A stretch of DNA of 63,762 bases, the filler included, from Chiloscyllium plagiosum (taxonomy: Eukaryota): the NCBI RefSeq assembly GCF_004010195.1. It is 4 parts of one record of this genome, joined end to end, with 100 filler letters (N's around TTAATTAATTAA, not from the genome) between each part and the next. Parts side by side here need not be neighbours in the genome. Positions count along the whole stretch, not along the records: positions 25,026 to 38,454 come from NC_057712.1; 3 more parts are not named here. One strand, given 5' to 3'. Below the pieces are notes generated by a model, which was not told the DNA's origin, did no database searches, and saw only the letters and a program-made list of their open reading frames with translations. The position numbers and the translations under genes were made by a program. Shown in pieces: positions 26,819 through 37,920 of this stretch. Every line of letters begins with the position of its first letter. Position 1 is the first letter of the stretch.

Positions 26819-27315
26819 NNNNNNNNNNNNNNNNNNNNNNNNNNNNNNNNNNNNNNNNNNNNNNNNNNNNNNNNNNNNNNNNNNNNNNNNNNNNNNNNNN
26901 NNNNNNNNNNNNNNNNNNNNNNNNNNNNNNNNNNNNNNNNNNNNNNNNNNNNNNNNNNNNNNNNNNNNNNNNNNNNNNNNNNNNNNNNNNNNNNNNNNNN
27001 NNNNNNNNNNNNNNNNNNNNNNNNNNNNNNNNNNNNNNNNNNNNNNNNNNNNNNNNNNNNNNNNNNNNNNNNNNNNNNNNNNNNNNNNNNNNNNNNNNNN
27101 NNNNNNNNNNNNNNNNNNNNNNNNNNNNNNNNNNNNNNNNNNNNNNNNNNNNNNNNNNNNNNNNNNNNNNNNNNNNNNNNNNNNNNNNNNNNNNNNNNNN
27201 NNNNNNNNNNNNNNNNNNNNNNNNNNNNNNNNNNNNNNNNNNNNNNNNNNNNNNNNNNNNNNNNNNNNNNNNNNNNNNNNNNNNNNNNNNNNNNNNNNNN
27301 NNNNNNNNNNNNNNN
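26819..27315. other. Assembly gap (N run)
   Basis: Run of N. Confidence 1.
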
Positions 27316-27490
27316 ACCTATTGCATTTCCAACGCCCCTCCCCCAAGTCCCTCCTCCCTACCTTTTATCTTAGTCTGCTTGGCACACTTTCCTCATTCCT
27401 GAAGAAGGGCTCATGCCCAAAACGTCGATTCTCCTGCTCCTTGGATGCTGCCTGACCTGCTGCACTTTTCCAGCAACACATTTCAGCTAC
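27316..27490 (+). mobile_element. Penelope-like terminal segment with hammerhead-like motif
   Basis: CTGAAGA-A-GGGC-TCAT-GCCC-AAAAC-GTC at 27399-27426, then TCTCCTGCTCCTTGGATGCTGCCTGACCTGCTG shared with other copies. Confidence 0.8.
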
Positions 27491-30400
27491 TCCCTTTTTG
27501 TAGCTATTTTGCAAAATGTTCTGCTAATTACTGCAAATAGAGGAAGTGTTGAAATTTGTAATTAAATCCAAAAGGTGTAATAAAAGTAATTTTGACACTC
27601 AGTCTGGTCATAAATAGTGTTATAGTTGGTAATTTAATGGGAATAGGATTTCAAAACAGAATCACAGAATTGTTATGTGCAGAAGGAGGTCATTTGACCC
27701 ATTGTAAGAGGGTGACAGCATGCTGCTTTTGCTTTCAGTATTTGTCATGATTTGCATAAGGTTGTGGCAGTAATCATTTAACATTTTAACATACGTTTTG
27801 GTGACTGTTTGCAAGATTGTGGGTTGAAATTTTTTTAAAAAGACCAAATTGAAAAGTTATAAATAATATAGAGTATGATACAATAAATGTGTGTGCCTGG
27901 ATACCATTGTGTGGAAGCTTGTGGACAGTGAAACTATCCTTAGATAAATATCTGTAACAAATGTTGCCACCTGAAATCTCGCTATCTTGGAATTATTGAG
28001 TTGGAGTTGAATGGGAATAAGTGTCACATCTCTTAGATGCAGGATCAGAATAGAATAGTTGTTACCCTGCATATAATTCATGCATGAATGTTTATTTAAA
28101 AGTTTAAATTTGTTACATTGACTGATGATTGTCTTTCATTTATAGTAGATGATATGATGAAATGCAGATAAAACAACCTGGTTTTCCGTCTCTAACTATA
28201 TCCAAAGCATGCTCCAACCCAAGAGAAGAACATAGGTCATTCCCAAGTTTACCTCCAGATCTCAAGCCCTCATGGGATTTCTATGGATAATTCAAATGGA
28301 TACAATATGAAAAAGAGAACAAGCATTTCAAAGGTGTCTGAAAAATTGCATCACTCCAGTTGTTCTTCACCAGGATTTTTGCTGTTTCTCCCTCTCTTTC
28401 TGTTTGGCATTACTTACAGTTCATTTGTTTTTATATAGCTCTCATGTTCTTTATTCCATTTTTTTCCCTTCCAACTCTTAGACATTACAGTTATCTCTCT
28501 CCAGACGAAAAATAAGTAGATGCTCCTGTTGCATTTTTGGTGTCTACATCATTTTATTTCTAGGCTACTACTTGTTTTTCAGTCAAATAAATTAATAATA
28601 GAATACTGCCTTTGAAATAACCTTTTGCATAATAGATTGCAACTGAAGTGCCTGGGATATGTGATCTGGTAGTAACCAGAGACAAAATGACGCATCCCAC
28701 AACTTGATTAAGGTATGAAAAATATATGACTTCATTTTGATTGAATTCTTCCACATCAGCAACCAGCAAGTCACAAAATTCTCTCAATCTCTTTCAGAGG
28801 AAGACATGTAGAAGATTGTTTTGATGAAGTGTGTCTTATTACCATTTCAGATGGTGGAATTTGATTTAAAAAGTCTGGACCTAATGTCATCTTATAAGAG
28901 TCAGTGTCATATTTTGGTAATATTCCTGTGAAATACCTTGGGATATTTAATTACATTGAAGGCACTACATAAATTTATTTACTCTGACTGGAGGTCTTCA
29001 TTTTGAAGGTGGAAAGGGAGATAGAGCTGAACTTCACAAATGTGGTCCTCCAGAAACAATGAAAAAATAAAGAAAATCAATGTCAATAATCTGGTCTCAA
29101 GGATCTAGATACAGTGCTAAAAAAGTTCAACAATTTCGCCTAAGTGGGCAAGGTGAGAAACTATTTCTTCAAATAGTATTTCCTCACAAAACCACCAATC
29201 TCTCACATTTCACCAGTTACACCAGAACAATTGTTCACCAGTCAGCAATCTCTAGCAATCAATAATTCTGTCTAACATTCATTCAATCCAATTCATCACA
29301 CACATTTACCACTGCTGCAAGTCTTATATCTGCTTCTTGAAGATTCTTTTTGCTTCCAGTTATTCCACCATGACAGGTACATTATGAAAATGCATTGCAA
29401 CACATTCACTGGCACTCTTCCCTACCTTGTGCAATACAAGATTGTTAATAACACTTAGGAAAATAAATAGAGGTCAAGCATATTTCAATATCCCCACTCT
29501 CTCGTAGGAGATGGAGCTTGACTATTAATGAGGCTATGTTGAAGCCATGGCATCTGGTGTTGATGATTGATGGAGTTGTCCAGTATGACCTGAATGTACA
29601 TACCATCCTTTACACACTGTCAGAAATAACACTTCACCTTCGTGATGCAATCTTGGATAACATGCAAGCTGCAGATTATATCGCAATATACCTCTAGCTT
29701 TATGTGCACTTCCTCTTCACTCATCCTAACCCTCCCCTTGTGAAAAACTACTTTCAGAGATTGAAATACTTTCACCTGGCCAGTCAGCATTGCCTAAAGC
29801 TAAAGACCAAGAGGAGGGGCACTTCAAAGCAACAATACTGTCACTTGATCTGACACACAGTCGGGTACTGTTGAAGGACCCTTAATAATTTGCAGTAGTG
29901 TCTCTTACAGTTTGTACACTCTGTTGTCACTATGGGTCAAGTGAGTGAATGTTGAGGCTATTAGATGGATTCCCAGTCAAATGGGCTACTTTATTCTGGA
30001 TATTTGTAGATGATTGACATGCTCTGGGGAGTCAGAATATGTTTTGACAGAATTTCCAGTTCTTAAATTACCAGTATTTATATGGTTCACTCAATTGAAG
30101 TTCTGATGAATGGTGACCTCCCCTGGATGTGGTGAGAGATTCCATGCTGGGAAAGCCAAAGAATGTCTAAGGAAGATGATTAGGTTCTTTCTTCTTGGAG
30201 ACGATCATTTCCTGGCACTTTGATGATGCAGCAAATAGCCTAAACGTTTAGAAAGCAATTGCCATTGGATGAAATGGCTCTTTTTGCAACTAAATTGATT
30301 CAAAGTGTCCGTTTGCTTTAACTTGTAAAAGTTCCAAGAACATCAGATGATTGATATGACTGTTACATCGCACAAACACAAAAAACAGGTAGGCACTAGT

Positions 30401-32589
30401 CATGAGCTTTTGAAGAGACCATTGGGCCACATTACGTTGATGTCAAGTTAAGAGATTCATTAATTGTATTGGAAGTGGTGAATTCATAATTGCTCAGCTT
30501 GTAGAACTATGGAAAATAATCTCCATATGGCCAGTGGTATATGCTTGTAATTTTTGCCCAGGTGAAGGATAGGATAACCAAATGCTGCTGACGTTTTTGG
30601 ACCTAAAAGCTGTAATTCTACAGCATCTTTGCTATACCCAAGAGAAGAAAACATCTTTTAGTCTTTGTGCTTCCTCCTGCTCAGATCTTTTAACCTTGGA
30701 GTAGCACTGGAGTGGATTCCTATCTTTCTACAATCATCGAATGTCCTTATAAGAAGGAAATCTTGTTGCCCTCATCTGGCCTACATGTGACTCCAAATCC
30801 ACAAATGTGGTTGACGCTTAACTGCTCTCTGAGTGATTTGGATGGGCAATAAATTCCGGCCTAGACAGCGCACCCACATCCTGTGAATAAATAAAAAATG
30901 CTCGACATCTTTCGTAGTCTCCTTACTTTTCTCTTGTCCACCCATAATTCTTTCAAGAATTCGGAAATAAATAGGATTGCAGAAAGAAAATTAACATGCC
31001 TTTTTTCTGCCTTTGCACAAAGGTACAAGTTCTCTGACTGTTAGGCAAACAATGACCTTTATAGAGTTATGTAGAAACTTTTTTTTTTGCTGCTGTCTGT
31101 GTTTACAGGCTGGATTCATGATCTGTGCATCTTGTCACAGATTGTTTCCAGTGACCATAGGCAGAATCATTTGTCTTTTTTTTTACAGTGTATGGTTTCC
31201 AAAATCAAATTACCTCTGATATGAAACAGCGATCTTTTGTGAATAGTTGCAGTAAGATGAGATGATTTTATTCAAAACTGCATGTCAAGAACCCTTGGAG
31301 TACACTGTCTTTAAGAAAAACAAATGTCAAATAGTATAAATCTAGTACAAGTCAAATCATTCCCTGGAGTATTCAGAAATTAAATCAAAGACCAAACCAC
31401 AAAGATGTTAAGAGTTAAGTTTTATCTTGCTACTCTGCTGAAATGCCTTTGACCAGGATCAATTGATTCATGTGGAATGGATCTATGCCTTTTGATTGAG
31501 ACATGCCCATCTTTGAGAGCAAACTGTTTAAAGTCATCTTGGCTTTGGGCACACCATTGAGGGCTGCATTTGAAATTGTTGTCTGTTCTCTGTGCACAGC
31601 TATTTTTGTGGAAATTGCCTGTCAAGTCAGAAATGTCTAATGACATAAGTATAACCCCATACTTTAATGCTATCAATATTTAGAGCTTGCTGCATAAAGT
31701 GGAATGGAGGAGGGAAATGCTGCTTTTTCATCTTGCCTTTTTCCAAAATTGGCACAGGGGGTTAAATAGTATAACAAGACTCTGGGTGCAAAGGCTTGAT
31801 AGGAAGTGGGCAGTAGTAGCATTGTCCAGGGGAGGTAGTGAAATTGGAAGACAAAAAATAATTAACGCCACCAATAGTATCAAGAATGGGACTAAATCAT
31901 CCCTTAATTACATTTGAAACCAACCATTTCACAAGCATAATTTCTTGGGTGTATTTTATTTTAAATTCCCTTTCTCACCTTCTTGAGTACCAATGATCCT
32001 GTTCCACTAATTTACTAACATACCAGGGCACTACATTAACAATTTCTTTCAGCATCTGCGCTGGAACTGTACATACTTGTCTTGATGATTGCTACCAGCT
32101 GGGTTGATAAGCAGAATAAGGGAGTGTGAAAATTTCGCACATCATATATTACTACTACAAAAAGTAATTTGCATACAACAGAAGATAACTTCACAACTGG
32201 AGAAGGCAATTTCAATGCACAGTGCAACTCCTGTTCAGCAGCATGATGGTCATCATGAAATTATTGATTACCCATAAAACCTATGTATCTCTTTTTTTAT
32301 ATATATAGGAAGGTAAATATGCCATTCTTACCTGGTGTCTGACCTAAATGTGGCTCAAGACTTGCAATAATGTGGTTGACTCTTAATAGCTTAGCAAGCT
32401 CCGAAGGATGATCAGCAATAATTGCTGGCCTTGCCAGTAATGCCCACCTCCCATGAAAAAGTAAGGAAAATATAACTGACAGAATTTATCTGCTGCTTCT
32501 CTGACCACTAGATTAGCCAGCCACAGCCACACAAAATCTGGCCTGTCAATTCTGTTTCTCCCTCCACACACTCACATTGAGAATACCTT

Positions 32590-34030
32590 ACCTTGTTTTG
32601 CGTGGCATTGTCACAGTGCTAAATGGGATAGACTTCAAACAGATCTAGCAGATCATGATTGGGTATCTGCAAGGCTGCCATATGCAGCATCAGGAATGCC
32701 TAAGAATGAGGCGCCAACCTGGTGAAGCTACCAAACAGGACTAATTTCATGCCAAAGCAGCAAGTGATAGAGCTAAACAATTCCACAAGCGACAGATCAG
32801 ATCTAAGCTCTGCAGCTTTGCATATCTAGTCATGACTGTTGGTGGATAATTAAACAACTCATTGGAGGAGGCTCCACAAATATTCCATCCTGAAGAATAT
32901 GGGAGCTTAGCACACTAGTACAATATAAGGCTGAAGCATTTGCAACGATCTTCAACCAGAAACGTTGAGTGAATGATCCACTTGCACCTCTTCGAGAGGT
33001 TCCCAGCATTACAAATACCAGTCTTCAAACAACTTGATTCACTCCAAGTGATATCAAGAAACAGCTGGAGGCACTGGATATTGCAAGGACTATGAACCTT
33101 GACCGCATTGCAGCAACCAATCAAGATTTGTACTCCAGAACTTATAGCACCTAGCCAAGCTGATTCAGTAAAGCTGCAATATGACATTTTACTGATCCCT
33201 CCATCAAGAGGAAAGGTTTCTTCCTGTCTACCCTTTCTACACCCCTCATAATTTTATGCCTCTCATTCGTGTCCCCTCTCAATCTCCTCTGCTCTAAGGA
33301 AATTGCCCAGATCTGTCCAGTACACAACAAAGCTGAACACCTCTAATTTGGCAGTTACCACCCATCAGTCGACTCTTGATCTCAGTAAAGTCTTGGAAAT
33401 TATCATCAACAGTGCTATCAAGCAGCACTTGCTCAGCAATAACCTGCTAAGTGATGCCTTGTGTTCCACCAGGGTTACTCAGCTTTTGATGTCATTACAA
33501 CCTTGGTTTAAACATGGATTCCACAGGTGAGGTAAGAGTGATTGGCCTTGACTCAAGGCCACATTTGACTCAGTTCTGCATCAAACCTCCCTAGTAAAAC
33601 TGGAGTCAATGTAAATCAGGGGAGAACTGTTGTCTGGAATCATTCCTGGTACAAAGGAAAATTGTGTGGTTGTGGGAGATCAGTTATCTCAGCTGCAGAG
33701 CATCTATGTGGGAGTTTCTCAGGATAATGTGTAGGCCCAACCATCTTCAGCTACTTTATCAATGATCCTCTCTCCATTTTAATGTCAGAGGTGAGGATGT
33801 TCACTGAAGACTGCACAACTGAAAAGAGGCAACTAAAATATGCACCACACAAATGCCAGGCAATGACTATGAACAAGAGAGCATTTTATATTGGCCATGA
33901 TACAATTCAATGGTACTATCACATGGATTGCAATGGTTCAGGAAGGCAGCTCACCAACAGCTTCTCAAGGGCTACAAGGGATGAGCAATAAATACTGGTC
34001 CAGCCACTGTTGCCTGCATCCCATGAGTGA
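32590..34030 (+). mobile_element. Decayed non-LTR retrotransposon ORF2 (CR1/L2/Jockey group) with a short antisense CR1 piece at ~33190-33330
   Basis: SKVLEIIINSAIKQHLLSNNLLSDA; degenerate ALD.KA.FD, QG.V.GPTIFS.FINDL, RMFTEDCT (RT motifs). Confidence 0.8.
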
Positions 34031-34239
34031 GTTAAAGGAAAAGATGTCAGACCTGCTGAAAATTTCCAATGCTATCTGAAACAAAATTTAAAAAAAACTA
34101 TAATTACACTTATTTTAATTAAGGAATTTTCTGTCTTGCTCTTTTTTTTTAACATTATGGGGTAACTTGGTTCAAATTTTCAATGATGAAATTGTGCATT
34201 ATGTGAATGCACCTTAATGCTTATTCTTAGTCTGTCACT

Positions 34240-34650
34240 GAATCATAGAGTAATAGAGGTCTGCAACACAGTAAAGGGTACTTTGGCCCATCACATCTGG
34301 CCCAACATCTAATCCAATTTTCCAGTACTTGACCCATAATGCACATCTAAATACTTTTTAAATGTTATAATGATATCAGTGTCTACCACTCTTGTTCCAG
34401 ATTCCCACAACCCTCTTGGTTAAAAAGATCTTCACAATTCTTTTACAATTTCTGCCCCATTAAAACAATGTCCACTGGTTACTGATGCCTCCATCAAGAA
34501 GAAAGGTTTCTTCCTGTCTACCCTTTCGATGCCTCCCATAATTTTATACCTCCCATTTCTGTCCCCTCTCAATCTCCCCTGCTGTAAGAAAACAAACCCA
34601 ACCTGTCCAATATCTCTTCATAACTGAAACTCTACAGCCCAGGTAACATC
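34240..34650 (-). mobile_element. CR1 LINE 3' fragment, the integration site of the ERV
   Basis: CR1-type sequence (CCCTCTCAATCTCC...AAACAAACCCAACCTGTCCAAT..CTCTTCATAACTGAAA...GGTAACATC) stops abruptly at the LTR terminus. Confidence 0.75.
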
Positions 34651-35337
34651 TGTCATGGAAGTTAAATCGACTCAACTCAAATGCTAGCAAGAGCAAAGGG
34701 CAGCACGGTGGCTCAGTGGTTAGCACTGCAGCCTCATAGGGACCCAGGTTCGATTCCAGTCTCGGGTGACTGTGTGGAGTTTGCACATTCTTCCCATGTC
34801 TGCGTGGGTTTCCTCCCACAATCCAAAGATGTGCAGGTCAAGTGAATTGGTCATGCTAAATTGCCCATAGTGTGAGGTGCATTAGTCAGAGGGAAATGGG
34901 TCTGGGTGGGTTACTCTTCGGAGGGTCAGTGTGGACTCGTTGGCCGAAGGGACTGTTTCTACACTAGGGAATCTAGTCTAATTGAAAAAGAGTTTAATTT
35001 TGGACTGTGCAGAGTTGATCCGATACATTGGCAAGATGCCTCATGTAAGGGGCGCTGACGACTTTCACATATTCCCATTATACTATACTTCACTTCTCCT
35101 TATCAACATCTCAAGGCCAGGAGCCTGGAACATTCGAGTTCCTTTTCACATATGGAGTGGTTTTTCTCATTCCTTGACTGTTGATATGACAGTTTACTGA
35201 CCTTGTAATTGCTTACTGTCAGTTTAACTTTTACATTTTTTCTGGCTGTCTGCAATGCTTTGCAAAGTCAGGCTCTTACTTCTTTGTATCAACCAAGCTT
35301 TTATAGATTTCACAATAAATGTTAATTTTCCATTACA
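34651..35337 (-). repeat. ERV 3' LTR (~400 bp once the inserted SINE is removed)
   Basis: Begins TGTAATGGAA directly after the PPT and ends TTCCATGACA (9/10 inverted match); TATAA-like box at ~35078-35082 and ATTAAA at 34993-34998 on the minus strand. Confidence 0.85.
34697..34982 (+). mobile_element. HE1-type SINE inserted in the ERV LTR
   Basis: GGGCAGCACGGTGGCTCAGTGGTTAGCAC head, core, TCTAGTCTAAT tail. Confidence 0.92.
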
Positions 35338-35351
35338 TTTCCCCCCTTTTT
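35338..35351 (-). promoter_or_regulatory. Retroviral polypurine tract
   Basis: Minus strand AAAAAGGGGGGAAA immediately 5' of the LTR TG. Confidence 0.9.
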
Positions 35352-35514
35352 GTCATTTTATGACAATAATGACATAAGAAATATACAGAGCCAGATAGCT
35401 ATACATCAAATTGCTAATGGAGCACCAGGCCTTTCCTCAGACATCATCTACTTGCAACACTGCTTTCTGATGGTATCATCACTTGCTCTGGTGTGCCCTG
35501 TACATAGCCCATTT

Positions 35515-36103
35515 TCACACGTCATGCACTTCAACATTACGGTATGATGGGATCCATGCAATCGGATCTTCCTGCTGTGGGGCCTCTGATTGTTTAACCA
35601 TTTGGTATCCCGCTGCATTCATAAGCAAATGGCGTAGGCAGGTACACAAGCAGGGTCCTATACAAAGCACTATGTGTATGACCAGTCCTACCCCCATCCT
35701 CCCCAAGGGGAGGTAAGCCATTGGAACCAGGAGTCATCTGCTGGGGGAGGCAGTCTTATTGCCGCCTTCATATGATTTATTACACTAGTGATATTCTGGG
35801 ACTCATCAGGAATATTAAAACAGCATGAGGTACCTAACATTTTGCAGACAGTCCCTCTTTCAGCCATCAGTATGTGGAGTATTAATCGATTTTGTATCAC
35901 TGCTTCCCTTACTGCCGTTAACTCAGTATTAATGAGTGTTAGACTTTCCTCCATCTCATTTGCTAACAGTAATACGCTACATGCGAGGCCATTAATCTTG
36001 TTTATTGCTACCATTGTTCCTACTCCCAAAAGAATAGACCAATGTTTGCTCCTGGGTCTGCGAGTGTGTACCCATTCCAATGCCGTGGAATGTCCCGTCG
36101 GGT
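35515..36103 (-). pseudogene. env: env transmembrane (TM) subunit, disrupted by two frameshifts (~36043, ~35695)
   Basis: TRR|DIPRHWNGYTLADPGANIG, shift, WSILLGVGTMVAINKINGL (fusion-peptide region), heptad repeat, ISD IQNRLILHILMAERGTVC, CX6CC CKMLGTSCC (35820-35846), NIT sequon, W-rich SWFQWLTSPWGGW, hydrophobic GLVIHIVLCIGPCLCTCL. Confidence 0.93.
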
Positions 36104-37123
36104 TCACATGTTACTGGCCTTTGGGACGAACACTGTCATGCCAGTGGACAGTACTGTGGGGTAGCAGCATCCCTTCCATCCCAGAAGGAGGTGGTGGTAC
36201 CTTCTGTCTCCATAGGCCCATATTATACCCGCCATCATGGTCTGATTATTGATAAAGGAACAAGTAATGTTTATAATCATACCATTTGCGTAGGTTGCTG
36301 AGCAAGAGTCATTGTTCAAGTACAGTGTAATAGTACACTGGGAGATCCCCAAATGAAGTCTCTCCTGATTTGTGCAAATACATGTTTCTCCCTTGCCTTC
36401 CATTATATGGAAGGCTGTGGTCGGAAGCATGTCAGCATTGTGACTGCAGTTAGCCTTGAGTTCGGGTGGTGGTGCGAGATTTGCCCTAATTGCTCCCCCT
36501 ATCAAGGTCAGGGTAGTCTCTGCCTGCAGAAGCAGGCAGCTAGCATTTCTTGCCAGGCTCTCTGTAATTGATTCGGCAGTCCACTGTTGGGCTGTGTGCC
36601 CACCCAGGGATGCCACATGATTTGATTTGGTTGGTTGCCGTGCCCTGGTGTTACTATTTCCTGTAGGACCTTCTGCACTGCATTTCCGGGAGGGGGGTGG
36701 GGGGGGCAACTGTACCATTATATTCACCTGCCTATAGATGTCAGAGAAGGGTCTATCTATTCCACACCACCAGGCTCCCTCATCACTCTCGTGAGTCTTG
36801 GATATTATCACCCGTGACCAGGGAACCTCCTTCCTTGATAATAGAATACCTATTTCCGTGTCAGATGTCCCTGTAGCCGTAGTGGCTACTACTAAGTGCC
36901 AGTCACTGGGACCACAAGGATCCCTGCATAAATATTTATTGTCCCATTTATAGTCATCCTGGTTACTAAACGGCCATGGGTCGCACATAAAGGTCCCCTT
37001 AGCACCCTTGGTTAAGATTATCGTCTGCGGCTGTATCCCAGACACCCCTGCCCTTACGAATAGTCCTGCCAGGGCACTTGCTAACAGTGTGAGCTGGGGC
37101 AGCTCCATATTTATATAAGGCAT
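36104..37123 (-). CDS. env: env surface (SU) subunit ORF, 339 aa: signal peptide + V-set Ig domain + proline-rich linker + gamma-type SU C-terminal domain
   Basis: Signal-like MELPQLTLLASALAGLFVRAGVSG; Ig-V aa ~30-138; LPPPPPS; CICTN..LGISQC and GIIWAYGDRRYHHLLLGWKGCCYP (SU C-terminal W.CG..AY..LP..W.G.C motif); several N-glycosylation sequons; lies between pol and TM. Confidence 0.9.
   Translation of the reverse strand: MPYINMELPQLTLLASALAGLFVRAGVSGIQPQTIILTKGAKGTFMCDPWPFSNQDDYKWDNKYLCRDPCGPSDWHLVVATTATGTSDTEIGILLSRKEVPWSRVIISKTHESDEGAWWCGIDRPFSDIYRQVNIMVQLPPPPPSRKCSAEGPTGNSNTRARQPTKSNHVASLGGHTAQQWTAESITESLARNASCLLLQAETTLTLIGGAIRANLAPPPELKANCSHNADMLPTTAFHIMEGKGETCICTNQERLHLGISQCTITLYLNNDSCSATYANGMIINITCSFINNQTMMAGIIWAYGDRRYHHLLLGWKGCCYPTVLSTGMTVFVPKASNM
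36710..37036 (-). other. V-set immunoglobulin domain, CD300/CMRF35/pIgR-like, within env SU
   Basis: B-strand Cys47 (GTFMC), KYLCRDPC with extra Cys66/Cys70, F-strand DEGAWWC (Cys120), GIDRPFSDIYRQVNIMV FG loop and G strand. Confidence 0.85.
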
Positions 37124-37188
37124 CTAACAACCTTACAATCCCTATGTATATTAGTCCAATCTGGTTTTCGGAGTTTCACTACTTGCAC

Positions 37189-37920
37189 CTATTTGGTTCC
37201 AATGTCATCCGATGTCTCCTCAAGTCCAGCTACACGTTTGCAATGGCTGGCATGTATCCAGGTGCCTTGTTTGGTGATCTTAACAGCTGTCTGTGTTGTA
37301 AGGAGCACTTGAAATGGTCCCAGCCACCTCTTCACCTTCCAGCTTTTCCTCCTGAAATCTTTCACCACTATCCAGTCTCCAGGTTCTAGATCATGCAGCT
37401 TCTGCTGGTTGGGTTAGTGCTGCTTTCACTTGATTCTGTATTTGAGACAAAAGTGTAGAGAGTTTTATATACAGTAACATAACATCTCATCCTCACAGTG
37501 GTCTGTTATTTGTCTTACCTTAGGTCTTGGCCAATTCCTGTGTTGGGCGGCCTACCAAACAAAATCTCAAACGGGCTAAGATTGGCTCTTCCTCTCCTTC
37601 TAGATCTCATATACATTAGCACAATTGGAAGTGCCTTTGTCCATGTCACCCCTAGTTCCTCACAGCATTTTGTCAATTTATTTTTTAGGGTAGCATTCTC
37701 TCTTTCCACTGCCGCATTGCTCGCTGGGTGGTAGGCACATGTTGTCTCATGTTTATTCCCAAGTAATCACTGATCTGCTGTAGGGCATTATTGAAAAATG
37801 GTGTCCCATTGTCGCTACTAAGCCTTTCAGGGATGTCCCATCTCAGAATTATTTCAGTTAGCAAAGCCTTGCTACTGCACTGGCATCCTGTTTGGAAGTG
37901 GGGAATGCTTCCGCCCATTT
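37189..37920 (-). pseudogene. pol: pol integrase (catalytic core second D and E, plus C-terminal domain), frameshifted and 5'-truncated
   Basis: KWAEAFP...ALLTEIILRWDIPERLSSDNGTPF; VERENATLKNKL...LSPFEILFGRPP; LEPGDWIVVKDFRRKSWKVKRWLGPFQVLLTTQTAVK...WIHASHCKRV, stop at 37189-37191. Confidence 0.95.

Larger units (their letters stand above)
34651..37920 (-). mobile_element. Endogenous retrovirus, class I (epsilon/gamma-like), 3' half: integrase-env-PPT-3' LTR
   Basis: Ordered IN core and C-terminal domain, env with ISD and CX6CC, polypurine tract, and LTR with inverted termini. Confidence 0.96.

Noticed and set aside
36042..36107. Apparent furin site RRPR at the start of ORF 35688-36107
   Set aside because: Those first ~22 residues are out of frame; the SU frame continues (R)TRR-DIPRHWNGY, and the true TM frame is joined only at ~36041.
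35788..36252. 154-aa antisense ORF over env
   Set aside because: Non-ATG start, no recognisable motif; shadow of the env frame.
36710..37123. A host CD300/pIgR-like gene adjacent to the ERV
   Set aside because: Leader, Ig domain and SU motifs are one intronless frame lying between integrase and TM/PPT/LTR.
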